DNA of 64,000 bases from Felis catus (Eukaryota): NCBI RefSeq assembly GCF_018350175.1, contig NC_058382.1:17794001-17858000 (forward strand), read 5' to 3'. The translations under genes and the position numbers were made by a program. How positions within the stretch are numbered: position 1 is the first letter of the stretch; each line of letters starts with the position of its first letter. Under the pieces are notes generated by a model. That model was not told where the DNA came from. It did no database searches and saw nothing but the letters and a program-made list of their open reading frames with translations. This document shows, piece after piece, positions 48,751-60,719 of the stretch.

Positions 48751-50312
48751 TTAACGAGAAAATAAGTCCACCATGAGGAAAATCAAGATGGCGAGTGTGA
48801 TGATGCTTCCCAAGACAATCCCCAAGACTGCCATGTAGTAGACTTGCTGGGACGTCTCAGCTGCCAAGGCTCGGTTATTCCACTTGTTGCTGTGCCTTAT
48901 CTGATTAGAGGGGAGAGGCAGGACAGGAATAGTTGGCTTCAGTGGGTTATTGTAATGGGTGAGCTATGGGACTGTAAGGACCCAGGTGGGGATGTGAGCC
49001 CACAGGAGGGACAAAAGAAAGAATTTGAGTCAGGGTCAAGGCCAGGATGAAAAGGAAAGGAGGAGAGGATTAGCCTGATGCAGATTCCCACCTGGAAAGA
49101 GAAGATCAAGGCTACAATGCCTATGGGAAAACACAGGAGTAAGTCACAAATGGACAGGCACATGTGGTCTCTGGGGGGCTTGTCCTGCAAAATTTCAAAC
49201 TCCTGTGGGGAGGGAGTGGGTTATGGCTCAGTATGGCTTCTGTACTGTGCTGTCCCCTCTGACTCCTTTTCAAGACATTTGGCTGTATAGATTCTTCTTT
49301 GATCTCCTTAAAAACTCTTACCAACCCCTTCTAACTCCTACCATGTGCCCTCTAATCTGTTCTTATTCCAATACCTCCTTCTAGCTGGATCTCCCAGCAT
49401 CCCTCCACCCCTATGCTCTATCATCCCTGCCCATTCCCTGTCTCCTGTAACCTTTCCCTGTCTTCTATAACTGCCTTCAGGTCCCTACAGCATGTCTCAC
49501 TTGGCCCCTAACACCACCCCCACAAAACCCCTTACTGACTCTGATGACTCTCACTTGTCCTTCGTGAAACCTCAACTGAGTCGTTAACAAACTCTGTTCC
49601 TATAACACCCTCATGGTCCTCCCAAAGAAGCCTTCTTTTTGCCCCTATGAATCACCCTAATAAGAAGACCCCTACTCAACACTTGAACACTCTCACTTTC
49701 CATCTGTGAAACCTCCCTTGTTCCCTCATAAAACTCTTACCCTATAAAACTGTGAATGTCTCCAATAGCTCTCTCCTTATCCCACTTGTAATATCCCTCA
49801 CTTTGTCCCCATGAACCTGTCGTGGTCCTGTTATGAGCCTTACTGTTCGCCCATAAACTGCTCTCTTCCCCTTCCCCCCACCCATTACCTCTCTGTTGGC
49901 TCCTCTTAAGACCTTCTTTGACCAACTCTAAACTCTAAGTCCTCTCCCTGTCATAGTCTCATAGCCTCTTTTTGTCCTCTTATAAAGGCCTGCCCTTTCT
50001 CCCTCTACCACCTTCTCTCCACCTCTGAAACCAGCGTCCTGACCCTCTGAACCTCTCCTTCCTCCACTCATAGCAGCCTCCCTGTTCTCCTAAACCAGTG
50101 TTCCCTCTAAATAGTTCTCTTCTTATAACACCCCCTCTGCCTCCTGAAACCCTTCTTGCTCCCTCATTCTGCCGCTACCCATGCTTTCTCCCACCCTATC
50201 CCCCGTAAATTCCCTCCCTGCCCCTTCAAACACCTCCCATCAGGGCATCTGGATCTGGGTACAAGGGGGCTCTCCCTCACTCCAACCCGCCATGGGTTAC
50301 CGTGGAGACCAT
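48751..50312 (-). CDS. Small CD225/dispanin-family membrane protein (PMIS2-region paralogue or divergent PMIS2 orthologue); CDS join(50312-50301, 49202-49092, 48900-48751), 273 nt, 90 aa
   Basis: MVST|EFEILQDKPPRDHMCLSICDLLLCFPIGIVALIFSFQ|IRHSNKWNNRALAAETSQQVYYMAVLGIVLGSIITLAILIFLMVDLFSR*. Acceptors CCCCACAG|GAG (49202) and CTAATCAG|ATA (48900), donors ACG|GTAACC and CAG|GTGGGA, all phase 0. Kozak AGCATGG. Exons 2-3 are well supported; exon 1 is inferred. Confidence 0.8.
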
Positions 50313-50339
50313 GCTGGACCCGCCTCCTCTCTTGCCTTT

Positions 50340-50460
50340 CTATTACTATAGGCTGATTGGAGGTTGTCTGTGATAGGGTGGGGAATCCAACACTCATGTG
50401 GCTACTGATTGGTCTGAAGGAGTGCAAGCTCTTCCTACTCTCTTAGGTGATTGGTCAATT
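50340..50460 (-). promoter_or_regulatory. Candidate promoter of the CD225-family gene with three CCAAT boxes
   Basis: TGATTGG (CCAATCA on minus) at 50354-50360, 50406-50412 and 50448-50454, immediately upstream of the ATG at 50312. Confidence 0.6.
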
Positions 50461-51674
50461 CTGGGAGTTGCTTTTTATTACAGTTTAGTTTTGAAGGTGA
50501 TTTATATATTTTGGATAGAAGTCCTTTCTCAGGTATGTGATTCGCAAATGTTTTCTCTGGGTCTGGAGATTATCTTTTTTGTTTTCCAACAATGTCATTT
50601 GCAGAGCAAAGTTTTTAATTTATATTAAGCCCAAATTATTTTTTAATTTTATTTCATGGACGTCCTTTTGGTGTCATGTCTAAGAATCTCTTCTTAATAC
50701 AGTGTCAGGAAGATTTTCTCCTATGTTTTCTTCTAAGTGTGTGATAGGCTTACATTTTATATTTAGATCAATGATCCATATTGAGTTCATTATTTTATAA
50801 GAGGTGAGGTTTTAGATGAGATGATGATGATGATGATTTTCATTTAGTTTTTCAATTAATTAACACCATAAAAAAAAACCTGTTCGTTCTCTGATAAGTT
50901 GCACTGGCCTTCGTTTGAAAGTAAATTGGTTGTAATTAGCACCATTAAAAAAAACACCAAAAAACCTGTTTGTTCTCTGGTAAGTTGCACTGGCCTTCGT
51001 TTGAAAATAAATTGGATATATATATCTGTATATATCCAGAAAGATATATATATCCATCCAATTTATTTTCAAACGAAGTCCATATATATGTATATATGGG
51101 TCTCTTTCTGGACTTTTTATTCTGTTCTGTTGATCAGTGTGTCTGTTCCTTTGCAAATACCATGTTCTCTTATAATGTAGCTTTATAGTGATTCTAAAAA
51201 TTGAATGAGTATTCCAACTTCATTCTTCTTTCACAGAATTATTTTGACTCTGCTTGTATAGATCTACAAATCTTGCTGGTCCTTTAATAGGAATTGCATT
51301 AGAATTTCAGATCAATTTTAGGAGAGACATTGAGCCTCCATTTCACTGTAATTGGGAGCCTCTCCATTTATTTAGTTTTTTTTCTTTATTTTTTTCAGCA
51401 GCTGCAGTTTAAACACATGGCTGATGCACATAATAGTTTAGATTTATGCCTAACTACTTGCTTTGTGGGGCTATTGAAAATGGTATTATGATTATCATTT
51501 TTTGCTAGCTGTTATTTATTTTTATTTACTATTTTGATGGAACTATAATTAACGTAGTGTTATATTAGTTTCAGGTGTACAATGTAATGATTCAACAATT
51601 CTATATATTACTTAGTGCTCATCAAGATAAGTGTATTCTTAATCCCCTTTATTTATTTAAATTTATTTATTTAT

Positions 51675-51719
<45 letters not shown>

Positions 51720-53640
51720 CCCAAGCAGGCTCTGTACTATACAGAGCCTGATGTGGGGCTTGAACTCATGAACTACAAGATCATGACCTAAGCGGAAGTT
51801 GGACACTTAACCAAATGAGCCACCCAGGCACTTCTCTATTTGTGTAAGTAAATTTGATTTCTGATTGTTCATTGCTAGCATAAGGAAGCACATTAGATTT
51901 TTGTGTGTTGATATTGCAATCTGTGATCTTGCTAAACCCATTTTTATCAACTGTAAGAGGATTTTTTTGTTTTTTGTTTTCTGAGTTTTTTGTAAATTCT
52001 TTGGGGTTTTCTATATAGACAATCATGTCATTTACAAATAAGGGTAGTTTTATTTATTCCCTTAAATCCCTATGACATTTCTTTCTTTTTCTGACTTATT
52101 GTGCATATTAGGACTTCCAGTCTGATGTGGAATAGGAATAGGAATAGGAGAGATGTGGAATAGGACATTCTTACCTTGTTGCAAATTTTAGAGAGAAAAC
52201 TTTTCCCTTCATTGTTATGTATGATTTTAGATAGGTTTTCTGTAGATGCCCTTTATCAAGATGAAGAAGTTCCTTGTTAGTCCTGGTGTGCTGAATTTTT
52301 ATGGTGAATTAATGTTGAATATTTCCAAATGACTTTTCTGTATCAGTTAATAACATGGTTTTCCTTCTTTAGATGGTTAATATCGTGGATTGCATTGACT
52401 GATTTTCTAATATTGAACCAGCTTTGCATTCTTGGGAGAAACCCCAGTTGGTGATGGTGTATTTTTTTAAGTTTATTTATTTATTTTTGAGATGGTGGGG
52501 GGGGGGCTGTGGGGGAGCAGAAAAAGAGGAAGAGATAGAATCCTGAGCAGGCTCCACGGCTGTTAGCGCTGAACCCGACACTGGGCTCAATCTCACAAAC
52601 CATGGGATCATGACCTGAGCCAAAATCAAGAGTTGGATGTTCAGCTGACTGAGCCACCCAGGCACCCCAGCAATGGTGTATTCTATTTATATACTTCTGG
52701 TTTTGGATTTCTAATACTTTATTGAGAATATTTCTGTCTATATTCATGAGAGATATTGGTCTATAGCGTTGTATACACAATCTGCCTTAAGATAATGCTG
52801 GCCTCATAAAACATACTGGGAAATATTCTCCCCTCTTCTGTTTTCTGGAAGAAATTGTGTGGAAATGGTGTTTTGTTTTTTTTTTTTTGTTTGTTTGTTT
52901 TTTGGTATAATGACCAAGGAAACCATCTGGGTCTGGAGATTAATTTTTCAGAAGATTTTTAGTTTCAAAATCTTTAATAGATTTCTTTAATAGATACAAA
53001 TAGCTACAATTTCTTTACTAGATACAAAACTACTTAATTTCTTTTTCTTGATTAGTTTTGAGTTTTTGTTTCTGAAGGATGGGCCAATTTTCACCTTAGT
53101 GGTAGAATTTATGTGTAAAGACTTGTTTGTAGTTGTCCTTTATTTTCCCTTTAGTGTCTCAGGCACATGTAGTGGTATTCTGTCCCTCATTTTTGATATT
53201 GGTCATTGTGTCTTCTGTCTTATTTTGTCAGTCTTACAAGAGGTTTATCAATCAGTCATTTTCAAGAACCAGCTGTTGGTTTCATTGATTTTCACCATGG
53301 TTTCATTGTTTTTCCCTGTTCAATTTCATTGATTTTTACTCTTATCTCTTCTGGTTTTCTTTGGGAGGGGGTGTTTATTTTGCTCTTATCTTCTAGTGTC
53401 TTAGGTTGGAAGCTTAGGTCGTTAATTTGAGACATTTCTTATTTTCTAACATAAGCATTTGAGGTTGTACATCTTCTAAGCACTGCTTTAGCTGCACTCC
53501 ACATATTTTGATACATTATATACTTCAATTTTGGTCTGACATGTTTTAGAAAACATTTTCTAATTGCCCATGACCCATGAATTACCCATGGGGAAATTAC
53601 ATGTTTTTTCCCCAAGAATTGGGAGATTTTCATGTCATCT
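50460..53640 (-). mobile_element. Degraded old L1 ORF2 region with nested SINEs (51648-51832 and 52462-52668, both minus) and a short carnivore L1 3' end (~51525-51650)
   Basis: ORF-track remnants such as MIVYIENPKEFTK, MQRNRHTDQQNRIKSPE and IMYQNMWSAAKAVLR are L1 ORF2-like. SINE heads and tails are visible. Confidence 0.8.
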
Positions 53641-53679
53641 GTCTGCTATTGATCCTTGCTTTACTTTTATTATGGCCAA

Positions 53680-54290
53680 CACATCAGCTTTATATTTCTA
53701 TTTAACAAATCACCATACACTCAGTGACTTAAGACAATAGCGATTTACTATCACACCGTTCTGTAGGTAAGAAATCCAGAAACTGTATGCCTGAGTTGTC
53801 AGGATTTCACCAGGTTGAAACGAATATGTCTACTGAAATGTGTCCTCATGTGGAGCTCTGTTCTCATGCTCTTCCAAGCTCGTGTGGTTGTGGCGGAATT
53901 CAGTTCTTTGTGGTTTGGGAACTGAGGGCATTCTCTTTTCCTTGCTGGCTATCAGCTAATATCTATTCTCGGTTCCTAAAATCTATGTGCATACTTTGCT
54001 TTGTGGTCCTGTTCATCTCAGAGCTATCAAGGGAGAATCTCCCTCCATCAAAGTCCCTCTCACACTTTGAGTCTCTGACTTCCTCTGTCTCTGACCTCTA
54101 GGCCCAGATATAAAGGCCTCATGAATTTAGGTTAGGTCCACCTAGGTAATGTCCCTTTCTTAGAGTCAGCTGTGCACATACCTAACCTAGTCACAGGAGA
54201 GATATGCCATCATATTGACAGTCACAGATTATATAGGATAATACCTCAGAGTGGGCAGGAATATTGGTATGGGGGCATATTAGAATTCTT
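53680..54290 (+). mobile_element. MaLR (MLT1-like) LTR
   Basis: taacaaatcaccatacactcagtgacttaagacaa...ggcaggaatattggtatgggggcatattagaattc, MaLR LTR motifs. Confidence 0.65.
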
Positions 54291-54811
54291 GAAGCACAGT
54301 CAGATAATATGACTCCATGTGGTTTGCTTTGTGTGGTTTCACATGCTTTTTATAATTTTAATTCTTGGAAATTTGTTAAGTTTGTTTAATGAGAAAGGAT
54401 AGTTTCTATATTGATGAGGTCCCATGTGTACTTGAAAAGAATATGTATCTGCCTTCTTTGGCTAGAGTGTTGTATAAATGACAGTTAGATACAGATGGTT
54501 GATAGTATTCAATTTTTCTACATCTTTGCTAATTTTCTGTTTACTTGTCCTGCTAGTTATTGAGAGAGGAATGTGAAGTCTTCAACTATAATAGTGGATT
54601 TGTTTATTTCTCCCTTTGTTTTATTTATCAGGTTTAACATGTATTTTGAAGTTCTGTTGTCAGTGCTCATACATTTAGGATTCTTATGTCTTCCTGTTGA
54701 ATTGTCTCTTTTATCATTATTTAATGTGTTTCTTTATCCTTTTTAATTATCCTTGCTTTGACATCTACTCTGTCTGATGTTATTATAATCACCCATCTTT
54801 GTTTTGGTACT

Positions 54812-54836
54812 GTTTTTTAAAATTTATTTTTTTAAT

Positions 54837-54873
<37 letters not shown>

Positions 54874-55046
54874 GAGCACGCACAAGTGGGGGAGGGGCAG
54901 AGAGAAGAAGAGACAGAATCCCAAGCAGGCTGTGCACCGTCAGCACAGAAGCCTGATGTGGGGCTTGAACCCATGAACTGTGAGATCATGACCTGAGCTG
55001 AGACCAAGAGTTGGACACCCAAGTGACAGTGCCACCCCAAGCACCC
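54812..55046 (-). mobile_element. Can-SINE within old L1M sequence (~54310-56430)
   Basis: TSD tttggta(c/g)tgtttt, GA tract. Confidence 0.88.
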
Positions 55047-56439
55047 TTATTTGGTAGTGTTTTCATGTCTTTCCCCCAACATTCTTTACTTTATTATCCT
55101 ACATACATCATTATATTTAATGTGGGTTTCTTATAGACAGTATATAGGTGGGTCTTGTTTTTTAATTTTAATACATTCTGAAAATCTCTATATTATGACT
55201 TTGGCATTTAATGTGATGATTGGTATATTTGGCCTCAATTCTGCCTTTTTGTTATTTGTTCTCTATTTGTTTCTCTGTTTTTCGTTTTCTTTCATTTTTC
55301 TTTTCATTTTCCTTTTTATTTCCTGCTTCTTTTTGGATTTCTTGAATATTATTTTAGTACTCCATTTAAGTTATCTCTTGTGATTTTTGAGGATATATCT
55401 TTGCAAATTTTGCTAGTTGTTGCTGTAGAGATGACCATAAAGGTAATTAAAGTTTTCATGGTCTACCTAGAATATTTTACAATTTCAAGTGGAATATAGC
55501 AACCTGCCACAATATTAATCCCTCCACCTTGCCCCCTTTATATTTTAGTTTCTGTATGTATTACATCTACACACATTGAAAAATCTCGTCACTGTTACCA
55601 TTTTTGCTCTCAACTGTCATATATATTTTCAAGAACCAAAGGAAGAATAATATTTCATGTTTGCCCAGATCTTGACCATTTATATTGCTTCTACTTCTTC
55701 CTGATACTCCAAGTTTTCCTCTAGTATCATTTCCCTCTTCAAGAATTAACTTTAGCATTTATTTTAAAGTAGGTCTGTGACAATGTATTCTGCTAGTTTC
55801 CTCTCACCTTCATTCCTGAAGAACATTTTCACCAGTTTTGGAATTCTGGGTTGACAGTTCTTTTCTCCCAGCAGTTAAAAATATTGTTCCCCTTCCTTTC
55901 GGCAGTCAAGATTTCTAGTAAGACCTTCACAGTCTTTGGAATTTTTGTTTCTTTTTAGGCATGTGTAATTTTTTCCTTGGATGTGTTCATAACTTTTTCT
56001 TTGCCTCTGGTTTTAAGCTGTTTGAGTAATATGGTCTGACCATGGATCTTTGAGTAGATGATTTTTTTTTTTGAGGGTCATTGAGCTTTTTGAATGTGTA
56101 AATTTAAGCTTTTTGCCAAATTGGGATGTATTTGATCATCCTTTACTTCTTTGTAAAAACTTTTTTTGAAGATACTATATAAAGTTCCCTTCTGGGACTC
56201 TCATGGTATGCACATTAAATCTTTTAGTACTGTTTGTTTCCAGTTCCCTGCGGTTCCGTTAATTTTTGTTTCAATGTTTTTTCTCTCTCTACTGTTCAAG
56301 TTGTGTGATTTCTATTTTCAAATTCGCTCTTCAAATCAACTATTTCCTCTGTCATCTCCATTATTCTATATAGCCCCTACATTGAGTGTTTTTATTTCAT
56401 TATTATGTTTTTCAGTTCTATAATTTCCATCTGATTCTT

Positions 56440-59400
56440 CTTTTTATTTAGAAATAAACTTTTATTTATTTTAAAAATTTCTTTTTTTTTAAATATAATT
56501 TATTGTCAAGTTAGCTAACATACAGTGTATGCAGTGTGCTCTTGGGTTTGGGTGTAGATTCCATGATTCATCACTTATATACAACACTCAGTGCTCATCC
56601 CAAGAAGTGCCCTCCTCAATGCCCATCACCCATCTTCTCCTCCCCCCTGCTCCCCCATCAACCTTCAGTTTGTTCTCTATATTTAAGAGTCTCTTATGGT
56701 TTGCCTCCCTCTCTGTTTGAAATTATTTTTCCCTCTTCCCCTCCCCCATGGTCTTCTGTTAAGTTTCTCAAATTCCACATGTGAGTGAAAACATAGGATA
56801 TCTGTCTTTCTCTGACTGACTTATTTCACTTAGCATTAATACCCTCCAGTTCCATCCATGTTGTTACAAATGGCAAGATTTCATTCTTTCTCATTGGCAA
56901 GTAGTATTCCATTGTATATAGAAACCAAATCTTCTTTATCCATTCATTAGTCTATGGACATTTGGGCTCTTTACATAATTTGGCTATTATTGATAGCACT
57001 GCTGTAAATATTGGGGTACATGCACCCCTATGAATCAGCACTCCTGTATCCTTTGAATAAATTCCTAGTAGTGCTANNNNNNNNNNNNNNNNNNNNNNNN
57101 NNNNNNNNNNNNNNNNNNNNNNNNNNNNNNNNNNNNNNNNNNNNNNNNNNNNNNNNNNNNNNNNNNNNNNNNNNNNNNNNNNNNNNNNNNNNNNNNNNNN
57201 NNNNNNNNNNNNNNNNNNNNNNNNNNNNNNCATTTTNNNNNNNNNNNNNNNNNNNNNNNNNNNNNNNNNNNNNNNNNNNNNNNNNNNNNNNNNNNNNNNN
57301 NNNNNNNNNNNNNNNNNNNNNNNNNNNNNNNNNNNNNNNNNNNNNNNNNNNNNNNNNNNNNNNNNNNNNNNNNNNNNNNNNNNNNNNNNNNNNNNNNNNN
57401 NNTTTCTTCAGGTGTTGAATTTGGTAAGTTCTTTGTAGATTTTGGATACTAACCCTTTATCTGATATATCATTTGCAAATATATTCTCCCACTTTGTCAG
57501 TTGCCTTTTAGTTTTGTTGATCGTTTCCATTGCTGTGCAGATTTTTATCTTGATGAAGTCCCAATAATTAATTTTTGCTTTTATTTCCCTTGCCTTCAGA
57601 GACGTGTCAAGTAAGAAGTTGCTGCAGCTGAGGTCAAAGAGGTTGTTGCCTGTTTTCTCCTCTAGGGTCTTGATNNNNNNNNNNNNNNNNNNNNNNNNNN
57701 NNNNNNNNNNNNNNNNNNNNNNNNNNNNNNNNNNNNNNNNNNNNNNNNNNNNNNNNNNNNNNNNNNNNNNNNNNNNNNNNNNNNNNNNNNNNNNNNNNNN
57801 NNNNNNNNNNNTTTTCCATTGGATACTCTTTCATGCTTTGTTGAAGATTAGTTAGCCATACTTTTGTGAGTCCAATTCTGGGCTCTCTATCCTATTCCAT
57901 TGGTCAATGTATCTGTTTTTGTGCCAATGATGATTACAGCTTTGTAGTAAAGTCCGGGATTGCGATGCCTCCTGCTTTGGTTTTCTTTTTCAAGATTGCT
58001 TTGGCTATTTAGGGTCTTTTCTGGTTCCATACAAATTTTAGGATTATTTGTTCTAGCTCTNNNNNNNNNNNNNNNNNNNNNNNNNNNNNNNNNNNNNNNN
58101 NNNNNNNNNNNNNNNNNNNNNNNNNNNNNNNNNNNNNNNNNNNNNNNNNNNNNNNNNNNNNNNNNNNNNNNNNNNNNNNNNNNNNNNNNNNNNNNNNNNN
58201 NNNNNNNNNNNNNNNNNNNNNNNNNNNNNNNNNNNNNNNNNNNNNNNNNNNNNNNNNNNNNNNNNNAGGTATTTTATGGGTTTTGGTTCAATTATAAATG
58301 GGATTGATTCCTTGATTTCTCTTTCTGTTGCTTCATTGTTGGTGAATAGGAATGCAACTGATTTCTGTGCATTGATTTTATATCCTACAACTTTGCTGAA
58401 TTCATGAATCAGTTCTGGCAGTTTTTTGGTGGAATCTTTTGGGTTTTCCATGTAGAGTATCATGTCATCTGCGAAGAGTGAAAGTTTTATCTCCTCTTGG
58501 CCGATTTGGATGCCTTTTATTTCTTTGTGTTGTCTGATTGCAGAGGCTGAGACCTCCAATACTATGTTGAATAACAGTGGCGAGAGTGGACATCCCTGTC
58601 TTGTCTCTGACCTTAGGGCAAAAGCTCTCAGTTTTTCCCCATTGAGGATGATATTAGCATTGGGTCATTCATATATGACTTTTATGATCTCGAGGTATGA
58701 TCCTGTATCCCTACTTTCTTGAGGGTTTTTATCAAGAAAAGATGCTGTATTTTGTCAAATGCTTTCTCTGTATCTATTGAGAAGATCATATGATTCTTGT
58801 CCTTTCTTTTATTGGTGTGATGAACCACGTTNNNNNNNNNNNNNNNNNNNNNNNNNNNNNNNNNNNNNNNNNNNNNNNNNNNNNNNNNNNNNNNNNNNNN
58901 NNNNNNNNNNNNNNNNNNNNNNNNNNNNNNNNNNNNNNNNNNNNNNNNNNNNNNNNNNNNNNNNNNNNNNNNNNNNNNNNNNNNNNNNNNNNNNNNNNGT
59001 GGGGTCTCCGTCTGGTTTTGGAATCAAGGTAACGCTGGCCTCATAGAAAGAGTTTGGAAGTTTTCCTTCCATTTCTATTTTTTGGAACAGCTTCAAGAGA
59101 ATAGGTGTTAACTCTTCCTTAAATGTTTGGTAGAATTTCCCTGGAATACGATCTGGCCCTAGACTCTTGTTTTTTGGGAGATTTTTTATTACTAATTCGA
59201 TTTCTTTACTGGTTATGGGTCTGTTCAAATTTTCTACTTCTTCCTGTTTCAGTGTTGGTAGTGTATATGTTTCTAGGAATTTTTCTATTTCCTCCAGATT
59301 GCCCATTTTATTGGCATATAATTGCTCATAATATTATCTTATTGTTTTTATTTCTACTGTGTTGGTTGTGATCTCTCCTCTTTCATTCTTGATTTTATTT

Positions 59401-60636
59401 ATTTGGGTCTTTTCCTTTTTCTTTTTATCAAACTGGCTAGTGGTTTATCAGTTTTCCTAATTCTTTCAAAGAACCAGCTTCTGGTTTCATTGATCTGTTC
59501 TACTGTTTTTTTTGGTTTCAATAACATTAATTACTGCTCTAATCTTTATTATTTCCTGTCTTCTGCTGGTTTTGGGTTTTATTTGCTGTTCTTTTTCCAG
59601 CTCTTTAAGGTGTAAGGTTAGGTTGTGTATCTGAGACCTTTCTTCCTTCTTTAGGAAAGCCTGGATTGCTATATACTTTCCTCTTATGACCGCCTTTGCT
59701 GTGTCCCAGAGGTTTTGGGTTGTGGTGTTATCATTTTCATTGGCTTCCATATACTTTTCAATTTCCTCTTTAACTTCTTGGTTAGCCCATTCATTCTTTA
59801 GTAGGATGTTCTTTAGTCTCCAACTATTTGTTACCTTTCCAAATTTTTTCTTGTGGTTGATTTCGAGTTTCATAGTGTTGTGGTCTGAAAATATTCATGG
59901 TATGATCTCGATCTTTTTGTACTTGCTGAGGGCTGATTTATGTCCCAGTATGTGGTCTATTCTGGAGAACATTCCACGTGCACTGGAGAAGAATGTATAT
60001 TCCACTGCTTTAGGATGAAATGTTCTGAATATATCTGTTAATTCCATCTGGTCCAGTGTGCCATTCAAAGCCATTGTTTCCTTGTTGATTTTCTGATTGG
60101 ATGATCTGTCCATTGTTGTAAGTGGGGTGTTGAAGTCTCTTACTGTTATGGTATTCCTATCAATGAGTTTCTTTATGTTTGTGATTAATTGATTTATATA
60201 TTTGGGTGCTTTCACATTTGGCGCATAAATGTTTACAATTGTTAGGTCTTCTTGGTAGATAGACCCCTTAATTATAATATAATGCCCTTCTTCATCTCTT
60301 GATACAGTCTTTATTTGAAAGTCTAGATTGTCTGATATAAGTATGGCTACTCCAGCTTTCTTTTGTTGACCATTAGCATGATAGATGGTTCTCCATCCCC
60401 TTACTTTCAATCTGAAGGTGTCTTTAGGTCTAAAGTGGGTCTCTTGTAAACAGCATATAGATGGACCTTGTTTTCTTATCCATTCTGTTACCCTATGTCT
60501 TTTGATTGGAGCACTTAGTCCATTGATGTTTAGAGTGAGTACTGAAAGATATGAATTTATTGCCATTATGTTGCTTGTAGAGTTGGAGTTTCTGGTGGTG
60601 TTTTCTGGTCCTTTCTAATCTTTGTTGCTTTTGGCT
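56440..60636 (-). mobile_element. Relatively young 5'-truncated feline/carnivore LINE-1; ORF2 broken into several frames and interrupted by N gaps; inactive
   Basis: ORF2 start MAINSYLSVLTLNINGLSAPIKRHRV (endonuclease) at 60566. Reverse-transcriptase piece with LFADDMILY at 58053-58559. 3' UTR and polyA at ~56440-56500. TSD-like ctttttat at both ends. Confidence 0.95.
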
Positions 60637-60719
60637 TTTTATATTCTCAATACAATATTGTCAGCTATCTTCAAACACAGTTATGTATGGAGTTAAGGTT
60701 TCAGTATATCAGTTTTGTA

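Noticed and set aside
49737-49925. 62-aa minus ORF as an alternative first exon of the CD225 gene
   Set aside because: Non-ATG start, and its donor (49741/49740) is phase 2, incompatible with the phase-0 acceptor at 49202.
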